Shown one piece after another: positions 51,501 to 61,845 of a DNA stretch of 64,000 bases. The stretch's first letter is position 1, and every line of letters begins with the position of its first letter. The notes beneath the pieces were generated by a model, which made no database searches, was not told the origin of the DNA, and worked only from the letters and a program-made list of their open reading frames with translations. Origin of the DNA: Chara braunii. Lineage: Eukaryota > Plantae > Charophyceae. The stretch lies in contig BFEA01000012.1 of assembly GCA_003427395.1 (NCBI GenBank), positions 3,523,312-3,587,311 of the forward strand. The letters are read 5' to 3'. The translations under genes were made by a program, and so were the position numbers.

Positions 51501-53515
51501 TGCGCACGGGTCTTGGGCCTCAGCAACTGAGGCTCGCAGCAGCTTCAACTGTAGCCATCCACCCGGGGTCTTTCTGGAAGCACCCGAAGTGCAACCAACT
51601 CACACCCAAGGCCTTTGGTCCAAACCAACCCGCGACGCCCTTTTCCCTGCAGCAACTGTCTGGGCCCCCCGCTGCTGTCAGGCCGAATCAAAATTTGAGG
51701 CCCACCTTGACTTAGGGCGGGCACATAAGGGCCTGGAGCCATGCCGCGGGGCTCTGATCCAACAATGAGATGTTAATATACCGCAAAGAGGAAGACCCAC
51801 GGATATAAAAAGCTAGAAAGCGCAACCGAGAACACTGTATCCCTCAAACCTTCGCCACCCCTTCTGCATCCCCCCATCTCTCAAAGCCCTTTAGCCACCC
51901 CTTCTCCGCCCCCCTCTGCCGTCAAATTCTTTGACGAGGAATTCCCACCTCCCAACGCCTCTCTCCCCACCCACCCTCGCCCTTCCCACAACTGAAGGGG
52001 ACAGCGCAATATCAGATAAACATTGAGAACACCTCTCCATTGTATACCCTCCTTGCACCCTCTCAACACACTGCCACAACTGTGATGGGATCTCTCCCCT
52101 GATTCCAAACTCCTGCCAGTGTCAGAACTCACAAGCCTGCTGCAATGTTGCCCCCGTTGGTCCTTACCTCTAGATGAAGTTAGTACCACCTTCGCCCGCC
52201 TTGACCCCGATATCATCACCACGTGGCAGAAACCGTCTCCATCCTGATCTAATGCCCAACCCCAGAAGCCATACTATCATGATCATTCAACCCTTCCCCA
52301 TCCTCGGGAGAAAGACCCTGCACCCCTGCCTCCACTAATGGAGACGAGAGAAGAGGGGATAACTGTATCGACTTCAGCTTCCACTTCCCTTCTTCCTGGC
52401 AATGAAGATCCTGCATCTCTCCCGCCATTGGCAAATACTAAAAAGGAAAGAGGACTTGATGAACGCACGAACTTCCTCTTTCCAAGAAGAGAGATCTTCA
52501 ACCCTTTCCTACCCTGAGGAGAAAAAAACGGGGATGACCACATTGGTTTCAGCTTCCACTTCCGTCCTTCCTAGCAATCAAGATCGCACACTTCTCCGTC
52601 TATCTGTAAAAGGGAAAGATGATGAATGCACTGACTTCGTCTCCCCAGGAAGCAAGATCAATAGTCAACAACTTCATGTAAACACCATCTTCGCAAACAT
52701 CACCACGATACTTCAAGACAGCTTCTAACGGATTAGTGGCAAATGATGATGATCATCTCACCATTGTCATCATCATCTCATCATCATCCTTGTTCCCACT
52801 CCCCCTATGCACTCCACCTTCCAACCTTGAGCCCTTTTGACGCTCCTATTCACTGAAAAAAGAGGAAAGAGTTTGAAAGACGTACACAAACCATCTTTTG
52901 GGTTGGTAGCAGACCATCCTTGCGTGTTCTCCCTTTGCTCCCACCGCCCTCCTTTGGCTCCTTTCACACTCTCTTTGTCCCTCCCGCCCCCCCACCCCTG
53001 CCTTGCCTCTTTGGCTCCTTTGACACTCCTATTCCCAGTGAGGAAAGAGGAAAGAGTTCGAAAGACATACACAAACAATCTTTCGGGTTGGTAGCAGACC
53101 ATCCTTGCTTGTTCTCCCTTTGCTTCCTCCCTTCCCACCCTCGCCCCTTTGGCTCCTTTGACACTCCCTTTGTCCCCCCAACCCCCAACCCCTTCCCAGG
53201 AAAGAAAGAGGAAATGCAGGCCAATAATCTGCTGGAGGCATTTTTTGGGTGGGGGCGACTATTTCTTGACGTATGCGTTCTATCCTTGAGAGCACAAGAA
53301 CCATGCTAATCTTCTCTGTATCATTCCAGTTTTAATGGATGACCCAAAGGACAATCTGCTGGAGTTACAAAGCAGATGAATAAGCGAGAAAAAGAATTGA
53401 GAGCACAAGAAAATGCTGACGAACGCGATACCCACCCTCTTCAGCTGATCTCGTGTCAGATTAGACATTGAAAAGAATCGAACAGCATCTTGACCAGTGA
53501 GCCGCCCATCACCAT
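385..53515 (-). CDS. EHD: EH-domain-containing protein (plant EHD1/EHD2-like; N-terminal EH domain plus dynamin-like G domain), spliced, partial at both ends
   Basis: 13 phase-compatible GT-AG exons: 53436-53515, 50295-50363, 49234-49291, 45716-45765, 42372-42423, 32943-33025, 28975-29094, 15131-15233, 13115-13164, 9702-9830, 8283-8534, 4852-4931, 385-505. The translation includes DGDGRLTGQDAVRFF, WAIAD, the P-loop GQYSTGKT, GPEPTTD, DTPG and FDPHKLD, collinear with plant EHDs. Start exon and C-terminal exons not located. Confidence 0.93.
3055..3828. mobile_element. hAT-type MITE, same family as 47767-48660
   Basis: atggtaacc...tcaccatg ends, CCGGAC subrepeats, shared internal aagtgcaaagcaggt segment. 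Confidence 0.7.
4852..4931 (-). CDS. EHD: EHD exon (LMRVYGALMWSLGKVLNTPEVVRVYIG)
   Basis: Highly conserved EHD motif; GTAAG donor; not in the ORF track. Confidence 0.95.
5460..7520. repeat. (CTC)n/(GAG)n low-complexity region in inverted modules, intronic
   Basis: Pyrimidine-rich arm 5540-6340 and purine-rich arm 6400-7520, separated by AATC/GATT repeats. Confidence 0.85.
8283..8534 (-). CDS. EHD: EHD exon (LLEHVTFVDTPGVLSGEKQR...NKAHQVDTQQ)
   Basis: DTPG (G3) and NKAx (G4) motifs; 84 codons, phase 0-0. Confidence 0.96.
9702..9830 (-). CDS. EHD: EHD exon (HGQDERSVPGNTIAVQADMPFNGLTKFGGSFLSKFECSQLTHP)
   Basis: Conserved EHD G-domain segment; GTGAGT donor. Confidence 0.95.
13115..13164 (-). 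CDS. EHD: EHD exon (GAHIGPEPTTDRFVVIM)
   Basis: Switch I GPEPTTD; AG/GT boundaries; not in the ORF track. Confidence 0.95.
15131..15233 (-). CDS. EHD: EHD exon with P-loop (TDSDFNAKPMVMLLGQYSTGKTTFIHHILQRDYPG)
   Basis: Walker A GQYSTGKT; GTAAG donor. Confidence 0.95.
17748..19198 (-). repeat. 3' LTR (length inflated by gap-flanking duplications)
   Basis: Same termini as 25131-26237. Confidence 0.9.
19199..19211 (-). promoter_or_regulatory. Polypurine tract
   Basis: AAGGGGGATGGAA abutting the 3' LTR. Confidence 0.85.
19236..20647 (-). pseudogene. pol: Integrase plus chromodomain (frameshift near 19760)
   Basis: HxxxGH zinc-finger remnant, SMDF / SDRD / EQMN catalytic triad, YFGPW, C-terminal chromodomain-like IVDHR...EYRIRF...EDRW. 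Confidence 0.9.
20678..21961 (-). pseudogene. pol: pol fragment: aspartic protease joined directly to RT thumb/RNase H
   Basis: AFIDMGST...DMLLGM (protease), then WPRPQT..EVRSFLG..YYRNFV, TDAS, ERELYA, TDH, NKVADALSR; no RT catalytic motifs. Confidence 0.9.
22045..23832 (-). pseudogene. gag: gag (two ORF segments, 23467-23832 and 22045-23457)
   Basis: Retrotransposon gag-like core (PLAFSGE...LNTWL...LEGKAAKWL); degenerate zinc knuckle CINYGEYGHTQWKC. Confidence 0.85.
25116..25127 (-). promoter_or_regulatory. Primer-binding site for tRNA-iMet
   Basis: TGGTATCAGAGC, 3 nt downstream of the 5' LTR. Confidence 0.92.
25131..26237 (-). repeat. 5' LTR (largely gapped)
   Basis: Both ends match 17748-19198 (tgcaaggaacatgag...gctcattcctcaca). 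Confidence 0.9.
28975..29094 (-). CDS. EHD: EHD exon (DPPPPMHVTSIVDGLKHLYMERVRPLESTYRFQDFVTPLL)
   Basis: VTSIVDGLKxLY...PLE..YRF motif; GTGAGT donor. Confidence 0.93.
31125..31162. other. Nextera mate-pair junction adapter (assembly artefact)
   Basis: CTGTCTCTTATACACATCT-AGATGTGTATAAGAGACAG, preceded by a near-exact copy of 21899-22252. Confidence 0.98.
31920..32380. repeat. Degenerate tandem repeat (two ~235-bp units, each of two related halves)
   Basis: Recurring gctgctc(t/a)(t/a)gaaaac(t/c)gtg at about 31972, 32080, 32203 and 32311. Confidence 0.7.
32943..33025 (-). CDS. EHD: Probable EHD linker exon (GFPASPPPPPPSMPSFSKLMSFTQKKFK)
   Basis: cag/GTAAA boundaries; phase 1-0 fits the flanking exons. 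Confidence 0.7.
33314..33371 (-). ncRNA. Type III hammerhead ribozyme (structurally complete; sense to the EHD pre-mRNA)
   Basis: Reverse complement reads CAGACUGUU^GAGG GUUCAG CCUC CUGAUGA GUCGG UGAAACU CCGAU GAAA CAGUUUG; predicted cleavage between 33363 and 33362. Confidence 0.85.
35140..35197 (+). ncRNA. Type III hammerhead ribozyme (structurally complete)
   Basis: CAGACUGU-U^ GAGG[GUUCAG]CCUC CUGACGA GUCGG[UGAGACU]CCGAU GAA ACAGUUUG; stems I, II and III all pair; predicted cleavage between 35148 and 35149. Confidence 0.85.
35560..35955 (-). pseudogene. Degenerate GIY-YIG endonuclease-like coding fragment
   Basis: AGIEYAHHTPPTNGMLIAGQNEGRTVTTKDH, then in another frame HGCRNHVIVVIVTE...AECWYIVLLQHGPRGM. 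Motif resemblance judged by eye only. Confidence 0.5.
36484..37256. mobile_element. hAT-type MITE nested in the ribozyme cluster
   Basis: CA...TG imperfect TIRs, CCGAAC/GTTCGG subterminal repeats, TATATATA on both flanks. Confidence 0.7.
42372..42423 (-). CDS. EHD: Probable EHD linker exon (AQESKKAHVETRLEAPN-G)
   Basis: Has the required phase 0-1, a GTAAGT donor and ends in N-G like plant EHD linkers; low sequence conservation. Confidence 0.6.
45716..45765 (-). CDS. EHD: EHD exon (DSEIKRPEMEGLISKME)
   Basis: PxMEGL motif; polypyrimidine tract plus cag, GTAACT donor; phase 1-0. Confidence 0.85.
46415..47080. mobile_element. Long-TIR foldback element
   Basis: Diverged inverted arms over 150 bp (actctctgatctta...taagatcagagagt; ccggtggtgatcgtat / atacgatcaccaccgg). 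Confidence 0.65.
47767..48660. mobile_element. hAT-type MITE
   Basis: TIR CATGGTAACC...GGTTACCATG; 8-bp TSD GTATTTGC on both sides; subterminal CCGGAC repeats. Confidence 0.88.
48292..48329. other. Nextera mate-pair junction adapter (assembly artefact)
   Basis: Same 38-mer, preceded by a copy of about 58290-58324. Confidence 0.98.
49100..49204. mobile_element. Short hairpin MITE, TA-flanked (Tc1/mariner superfamily-like)
   Basis: TA-CCGTCTTCACCCGAATAGAA...TTCTATTCGGGTGAAGACGG-TA; other copies at 12784-12876, about 1829-1937, 62811-62915 and 62923-63018. Confidence 0.8.
49234..49291 (-). CDS. EHD: EHD exon (VISLAQAGHEISSDILKKS)
   Basis: Matches the plant EHD 'SLAQxGHEI' segment; cag acceptor, GTATG donor; not in the ORF track. 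Confidence 0.9.
50295..50363 (-). CDS. EHD: EHD exon (VWAIADVGRQGFLGYKEFVIAMQ)
   Basis: EH-domain WxxAD motif; AG/GT boundaries, phase 0-0. Confidence 0.92.
53436..53515 (-). CDS. EHD: EHD exon, EH domain/EF-hand (DGDGRLTGQDAVRFFSMSNLTRDQLKR)
   Basis: tgcag acceptor, GTGGG donor; EF-hand-like loop. Confidence 0.9.
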
Positions 53516-54285
53516 CTGCAAGGGCAATACAATCCACCGCCGTTAACTCTTACCACACAGACACTTTTGCTATATCCACTTATCCACTTTTTTTTTAAGC
53601 GTCCAGCTTTTTCTAAGTGACCAAACAGACATTACTTAACCAATCAACCTTGTTTTATCACAAAGGACGTCGTGAAGACATTCACCGACATTGTGATCAA
53701 TGTCATGGACTTGAAAGCATCTCAGTGATCATTATGAGTGCGGACTCCGGTTGTCATCGAAAGGGTTGTAAAAATTATGAAAATGTTTCCAAATTATCAC
53801 AGGGAGGAGAACCAACGGGGAAAACATCAATCATCATCAGTCATCATCTCATCCTATATCCGGTTGGCATTACCATATATAACTCTGTACCCTCACCTTG
53901 ACAAGGACAGTGACAGTGGCAGCAGTGCTCCTCGCGGCGACAAGGGATAATGATGATGCCCACCAGTAGTTTTCCCAGCCATTTTTCTCCGACACGACTG
54001 TGCACACGGCACGACTTTGGGGGCTTGGCCTACCGGCACAAAATGGCTTGCAGGACCAGACAAAAAAGAGCTTGCACTGGTTCGCTTTTTTGGGGCGTGC
54101 AGGGAGAATCTGCTTCGGCAAAAGGAGGCCTCCAAGTACTGGGGGTTGAAGAGAGAGGAGGCGGGGAGAGAAAGAGGAACCCTTTCAGGGGGGAACAGGA
54201 TAGTGGTGCTCTTCAGAGCAACAGGGGATACTGATGACAACAATGATGACTATGAGAGAGAGAGGGGNNNNNNNNNNNNNNNNNN

Positions 54286-54358
<73 letters not shown>

Positions 54359-57300
54359 TTGGGGGGAAACAGGGTAGCTATTTTATTTACACCATTTGTT
54401 ACCGTCTCAAACTATTTGACAGATGGTTAACAGAGCCCCTAAATTTTCAGCGGTCTCGCACTGATTCATGGATTTTATAACAAAGCCCCAAAACCTTGTA
54501 AGCCAAATTCGCACCCATCCACAGAGTCAGTAAGCACAATTTTTTTTTTAACCCAAGACCCTAAGGCAAAGAACATTCTTTGTCCAGCGTCTGTTACTTT
54601 GGGTTGGAGACACCCAAATTGATGAGCTCAAATTGGGGGGCACCGCCTGTTGTCAAAGCTATGCACTGGGAAAGGACCAACCCTTGGTCAAAAAACCCCA
54701 CCATCTCTAGGAGGCGCAGTTGAACAGGTTAGTGAATGTGACATCACAGGAAGTAGATGCAGTCAATCCGGAATGCAAGAGAGCGTTTTCAAACGCATGG
54801 CGTCTGAATAAGAAGATCGCCAGCTGTAATTGCAGACATATACATCCATGGAAGTCCTAGTGTGGTGAGTACACTCTTTATACTCCATTTTCTCTTTCTG
54901 CTTCCCTACAGTTCATCCATACATTGCCAAGCCATCCCAGCATTTTTTGTTTGCTCATTCGTTTGTCCCAGAAAAAAAGCTTCATCGTGCATTTACTTGT
55001 ACACAAGCAAAAGAAAGAGTAATAAAACTAAATTGCTAGCAATTGAATTAACACACAATTTTAGACAAAAATAGCAACATTTACTTGTACACAAACAAAA
55101 GAAAGAGTAATAAAAATAAATTGCTAGCAATTGAATTAACACACAATTTTAGACAAAAATAGCAAAGGCACATCCACATTGACAAAAAAAGATGGTTGGT
55201 TAGACGATCGCCAGTCCCCTCCCTCTTTCTAGCTCCAACGACCATCTGGAGTATCCTCCCACATTCACCCGACGTAACAACCACTACCTCTCCCCGGCAA
55301 ACTTAAACTTATGCGACGAGGTTGCCCACCACTGCAAGCTTCGGATGAAAAGTGCTACTGGGCCAAAATGGCTGGCCGGACCAGCCAAAAAAGAGGAAAA
55401 CAGTTCAAAACACACCCACGGTGGTTCGCTTCTTGTTTGGAGTGCAGTGGAAATCGTCGGGAAAAAGAGCCCGGAGGAAAAGGCCGTCTAAAAATAAATG
55501 AATAAAACAAAATACATACATAGATAAAACAAATGCAAGGAAGCCGCTCAGTGACCCCAACAGGCGAAACTCAAATAACAAGCACCACAAACTCTCTCTC
55601 TTGGCCAACACGCACGCAGGAACAATGCAAGTACCAGAACTGAAAAAGCAAGGATCACACAAGCACAAGAATTCACACTGTTGACGTCATCGATGATGAA
55701 AGCCCCCTTCATGCCTTCAACAGTACAACAACAATAATAGTTCTTTGTCCTCGCTGGTCTCCGCACCAGTCCGAACGACCACCTACTCCATCAACTTCTC
55801 TATGCTAACTTTATGCCATCATGCCACAGAGTACCATGCCGCTTCCATGTACCCCGCCGGAGCCCGTCTCAACCGCCACCCGATAAGTACCCCGCCTCAC
55901 TTCCCTTCTCCATGGTCTTTCTCTAACGCCGAAGATATCCCCTTGTCATGCTGCCTGTTCGTCTTCCTCTCAGTAACCCAACACTACTACAGCACCGGTC
56001 GTCCTCCTCAGTGCAGCCATGGTTGCCGCTCGACTGGTGCTGGCTGCTGCCCTTCCCTGGCTGGCACCAGTCAGCTTCGCACTCAAACAGCATGACGACA
56101 TCCTTCACAGCACCAAAACCCTGAGGCGCTGGTTTTCTCTCTCTCTGCCCACCCACGGCTGGTGCTGGCCTTCTCTCACATCCCAGCTACGGCTGTTGCT
56201 GATCTGTGAGCAGAAGCCACTACTTCTACTGTTGCCACTCACATCGAGCACCCAGCGTTCTTTCGGTCAAACTTCCTCCACCAACTGCGGCTTTCACCTG
56301 CCTGCCCCCTGTCGGCCAAAAACCTTCCTCCGACAATGGCGACTTTGACCTGCCCCCCGACCTTCCTTCACTTATGTCGGTCTTCTGTCCGACCAGTAGG
56401 TAGGTGCAGTCTACCGGGTCCTGGACAGCCTGACCAGGGGCGCGGTACCACTAGCAAAGAGGCTTGGATAAATATCCTCAATCTGGACATGTTTTAAGCA
56501 GAGATGCAGAAAAGCAGTTCAATCTCGACATTCTGCACCTTTCCACAAACAGGTCCAGATTCAGGTGTTCAATCCAATCCTCTTTGCTAGTGGGACCTAG
56601 CCCAGGCCCAACCATTGACCTGACCGGGTGTAGTCTATGCGTGTGCAGTCTACTGGGTGTATTCTATCCGTGTGCTCCTTTGAGCCTAGACTACACCAGC
56701 AATGTGAGGGGCATGAGTCGAAATAGTTTATGTTGCCCACGGCTGTTAGAATTCTGAAACCGTCAGAGACATCTCTTTAATTTGTTTTCACTGTTTTTTC
56801 CCGAAGCTTCCCACACAGAGTGCCGCACGGGTAGAGTGCCGCCCTTACCCCTACCCTTACCCCTACCCTTACCCCCATGCTACTGGGGAACCGAGCCCCA
56901 GAGCTCCAATCTCTCCTACCCCCCCCNNNNNNNNNNNNNNNNNNNNNNNNNNNNNNNNNNNNNNNNNNNNNNNNNNNNNNNNNNNNNNNNNNNNNNNNNN
57001 NNNNNNNNNNNNNNNNNNNNNNNNNNNNNNNNNNNNNNNNNNNNNNNNNNNCCCCCCCTTTCACCTCACAGCATCATCATCATCGAATCTTGTGGAAGTC
57101 CCACCAACACCTTTTGGGAAAAACAAAAACAAGCCCTCACAGCAGCAGCATTGAACCTTGTGGAAGTCTCATCTGATGCTCTGCAATTTCTTTCCCAACA
57201 TACCCTTAAAAGTTCTCTGGCACCAAGAACAGTATTCTTCTAAGTTCTACACAACTTAAGCTTTCTTCCTTTCCTCCTCAGTCAGAATGACTTTTCGTAT

Positions 57301-57385
57301 CCTTGGAAAGGTTTCTGAGTATCCAAAAAAGGAAAAGTGTAACTGCTTCTTGCGCTTTCCGAAGACACCTTACAAAGCTTTCTTA

Positions 57386-57555
57386 GGGCATACTCACACT
57401 AGGAGGCCCTCAAAATCGCAAAATCACAAAATTGCAAATTGAGTGGCCAGATTGAGTCCTTGGGGCCAGATTGAGTCCTTGTAACCCAAGGACTCGATCT
57501 GGCCGCTTGTTTTGTTATTTTGGGGTTTTCAGGCCCTCCTAGTGTGAGTATACTC
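57386..57555. mobile_element. PIF/Harbinger (Tourist-like) MITE
   Basis: TIR GGGCATACTCACACTAGGAGG with TTA TSD; related copies at about 31719-31848 and 13381-13455. Confidence 0.8.
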
Positions 57556-57699
57556 TTACTCTCTCTCTTCCTTTTTCTCTATAAAAAAACCTTTCTTCCT
57601 TTCCTCTTTAGTTAATAAGATGCCCCTTTGCTTTCTTGGTCAGGCTTCCTATCCTCCAAAGAAGGAAAGCGCAATTGTCCTTTCTTTCCGAACACAAAC

Positions 57700-58275
57700 C
57701 CCCTTTGAGGCCTTCAAACAATTTCGTGCTTTCAGACGTCAAACGATTTCGGATTTTATGCTTTAGGAAGAGCAACGGCCATTTTGTGCTTTCAGAAGAC
57801 CAAATAAACGATTTTGTGCTCTCAGAAGACCAACGATTTTTGTGCTTTTCGAAGGCACAAAATCGGAAAGCACGAAATTGTTTGAAAGCAATTTTGTGCT
57901 TGCCGAAGACAAAAAAGAAGACAAACGACTTTGTGCTTTTTTCAGAAGACCCAAACGATTCTGTGCTTCCAGAAGAGACCCAAACGATCTTATGCTTTCA
58001 GAAAAGACCCGAACAACTTTGTCCTTGGGGTACCGTTGAGTTGGTTCCCGTCACCATGGTCGAGTTGCTTTTTCGTGTTCTTTTTTTTTTTTTTTTTTTC
58101 CCCTTCTCTTTCCTGATTTTGCATGCGTAATGGACCGGGTTCGATTGGTTTATCTTTTTTCTGTCTGTTCTCATGCATAGGTTGATGTTGCCGTTCAGAT
58201 TTGTTTCCTTCCTTCGTTGCTTTCTTCCTTACTTGTTCTGTCAGAAGACCCGAACGATTTTGTGCTTTCAGACGA
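57700..58275. repeat. Degenerate minisatellite (aacgattttgtgctttcagaagac)
   Basis: About 10 diverged 25-30 bp units. Confidence 0.75.
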
Positions 58276-59555
58276 CGGATTGGGGACTTCCGGCTGACCT
58301 TACATGATTGACACGTGGAGAAACAAATCTTGCGCAATATGAGCATTGGGCATTTTTGTCCTCATTTTCCCTTCCTTCTGTGTTTCTTTCTTCCTTTTTG
58401 TGTTTCTCTTTTCTTTGCTCTCTGTCTTTCTAATCTGTACGTATGTTAGTCGGCATCCGTTTCTATTTTTGACTTTGTTCTTTCTATTTTCCTTTGTTGT
58501 GTTCCCTTCACTCAGGTGTCTTTCTCGTCTGTATGTATGTTGTGTTCTTACGGTTGGTATCTGTTAGCAGCCTGTTGTGTCACTGTAAATAAACAAATAA
58601 AGCAAAAAGCTAAATACATTAAAAATGTTGATCATGACGTTAAACACCATAAATAGGTACCGATCTGGCAATCTACCCACTAGTATATATTATTATTTTC
58701 ACGGCAGGAAAACCCGGTTGGGGAGCGACTGCTTCGTCTCGATCTCTCTATTTCGTATTCTTTGGCTGTGTTGACAAATTTTGCGCCTTTTCGAGGGAAA
58801 AAAAAAAGGAAGAAAAAAGAAAGAATGCCCCATGGGAAGATACATCTATATATTCCATCCATCAACAGAACGATCCGGCTCCTACTGGAACCATGCACAT
58901 CGACTCCATTCTTGGAACGAATGTTTCTCTTGTTCTCTCTCTCCCTCTTTTTTTTTGTCGTTGGCCCTATCTTACTTATAGCTCACGACGCCCCTCCGTC
59001 CGTCCCACCTCAGCATTTCTCCCTACCGCACCCTCTGCTCCCTCCATCCTACGTCAGGACTTTCTCGATCGAGAGAAAAAAAAAAAAAAAAAAAAAAAAG
59101 ACTTTCTGGACTCAGCTCTGGACGTGGTTGCCGTCAGATGCATTCGAGTATATGGACGCAATTGCGGTCAGATTCGTTAAGAAAGCCCTACCAAAGTATG
59201 CCCTCCGTGTCTAGATTTGGTGTCTAACACTCCTCCGGACCACATCCTCAGCGTTCGGGCAGAAGGCAACAGCGATGGGCGATCGGCGGCAGGACAACTC
59301 TTTTTTTTTCTATGGTCACGTTCTTTTCTTTTCCGAGCGTGATCGCATAGACTTGTCTTTTCCTGAATGCATGCAATATTCAATTACGGCCAGATTCAGT
59401 CCAAAAAACTAGGTAGTGTCAGGATAGGCTGTTCGGTAAACGGACGGACTGGTACATGTACACATTCTCCGCCCGCAGTATCCGCTGCCGTCTCGCCAAC
59501 CCCCTCGACACTACTACCCCCTCCCAGCCAATCAGGGTATTACTGTATTTAATTT

Positions 59556-59903
59556 TAGGGGTACCTACGCGGGAGTCACAAAAACGACTTATAATTGCAC
59601 TATGGGGCAAGATACAGTTTGCAATTGCAGCACTTCGGGCACGTTTCTACCTGGACGTCAAAAAAAAAAAAAAAAAAAAAAAAAAGGGGTAACTTCAGTA
59701 GAGTCACAACAGCGAGTTATAATTGCACTATCATAACGGGGGCAAGATACAGTTCGCAATTATTGCACTTCGGGCACCCTACACCTGGCCAGAAAGCTGG
59801 GTTGTATACATTATGCCCGACACTGCAATTCCAAACTGTATCTTTGCCCATATAGCGCAATTATCCCTCATTGCTGTGACTCTCCCGCGTAGTCTCCCCT
59901 TAA
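59556..59903. mobile_element. Foldback MITE with AGGGG...CCCCT ends
   Basis: Terminal ctacgcggga..gtcaca / tgtgac..tcccgcgtag, plus internal inverted caagatacagtttg repeats. Confidence 0.6.
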
Positions 59904-61017
59904 ATTTAATCCTTTTCAACTAGTCATTATATCATACAGTCCTCTTTTCAAATCCTCTCTCTACAAACCCTCATTTCCATATCCTCTTTTTTTCCCAATC
60001 GTCTTTTCCTTTTTTTCTTTGTCCAAATCATTTTCTCAACCAATCATTATTATCATTTAATTCTGTTTTTCAAATCCATCCTCTTTCTACATCCACCCAC
60101 TTTTCCAATGAATCCTCTCTCTTCGGATCCTCCTCTTCCCAAGTTCCCACTTCAAATCCTCTTTGCTGATCCTCCTCCTCTCTTCAAACCCTCCTCGTTT
60201 TCGAATCCTCTCGTCCTTTTCCAAGTCCTTCGAATCCTCTCGTCCTTTTCGTAGCCTGGGAATTAACGGATTTTCCCTTTTTCGCATCTATTTCGCCTGT
60301 AATTTTGCCTAGGATTTACGTTACACCGCCCCGGTGCCAGTTTGGTACTACCCGTACGTATTTCGGGAATTTTTTTAGAGCATCTGTAATTATTCCGCCT
60401 TTACCCTAGGAATTACGTGGCAATGCCACGGTAGTCCCGATGCCAGGAGGGCAGCCCAGGTACGGTGCTACCGGCCTACCCGCGCATTGGAAAGAGCGGG
60501 AAATATGGACTTCGGAGTTTTGAAATAGTACAGCCCACGTTGTGTCAGTACGCGCGTAACTGACTGGACCGAGGTGCCACGTAACAAGTATGCAGGTAGG
60601 GATCCGCGACGCACGGATTAGACCAATGGTAATTAGAACGGAAAGAAGAGTAGGCCAATGAGAGCACGTTGATAAGCGAAATGGAGATTGAAGGTGGTAC
60701 TTGATCGTTGGAAAGGAACGTTAGTCACTACACGGTACCCCGACACGTGAACATGCGGGGAAAGCTAGCTTGCAGGCCCTATCGTCGCGCCGACAATTCA
60801 GCCACGTAACGGACCCTACAGCGTTCGGTGCAACGTATAGGTGGCAGTCTAGCCGTACCAGTAGTAGCTCGTGGAAGTGCCCGTTAGGGGCGGAAGTACC
60901 GTGCTGACGAAGCGTCCCACTTGGCTTTCAGTATATAGGAGGGCAAGGCCTGATCGGCCCTCATTGCTCAGAAGGGAGGTGTGATCGGTGGGCCGCAAGG
61001 CGAGGGTGTGTGGAAAG

Positions 61018-61062
61018 CCCCCTGAGGAAGATCAGAGCGCAACCGATCGAAACGCGTCGGGG
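61018..61062 (+). ncRNA. Minimal type I hammerhead ribozyme (Penelope-like element type)
   Basis: CCCC CUGAGGA A GAUC[AGAGCGCAACC]GAUC GAA ACGCGU C^ GGGG; palindromic ACGCGU stem III. Confidence 0.7.
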
Positions 61063-61622
61063 AATGTGCGCGTTAGCTGAGATGAGTATGCGCGGAGTTG
61101 TAACGAAGAGCTTTTGATGCGTGTACGAAAGGCAGTTGGCCACTGTTTACCACTATTCTTATTCTTCTTCTTCTTCTTCTTCTTCTTCTTCTTCTTTCCA
61201 AATCCTCTTTTCAAATTGGTCGTGCATGTCTTCTTTTGCGCACGCTCTTTTCGACACACCCGAATTTAGCTGAATTCGGCTAAATTCTAGAGAATTAGTA
61301 TGTAGCACTATGCAATTCGGCTAAAGAGAAAAAGAGAAAATAGAGAATTAGTATTTAGCACTATGCAATTCGGCTAGAAATATCCAATTTCTAGCCGAAT
61401 TGCATAGTGCTAAATACGAATTCTCTCTCTTTCTCTCTTCTTCTCTTTTTCTCTTTTTCTCGAAGTAATGCTCCCTTCCGGCTTTTCCCTACCGCCCTGC
61501 TGCCCGCCGGCATAAGTGGCGCCTTAGCTGGCGTCCTACTCAATCGAACCTCTTTGTCCACTTCCCATCTTACCCCCACCATTTAGCTCAGCTCAGACGT
61601 CAATTGGGGTACACATTGAGCG

Positions 61623-61694
<72 letters not shown>

Positions 61695-61775
61695 CTGGCA
61701 TATGAAAAAAAACTTGTAGTGCAGATCGGATTACTTTGCGAATCCACCGAAGCAGTCATGTCTGATATAAATAAT

Positions 61776-61845
<70 letters not shown>

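Noticed and set aside
51780-52730. Possible decayed LINE or other coding remnant
   Set aside because: No recognisable motif and multiple stop codons; cannot be supported without a search
57700-58275. CRISPR-like repeat array
   Set aside because: Degenerate units with no unique regular spacers, no cas genes, eukaryotic context
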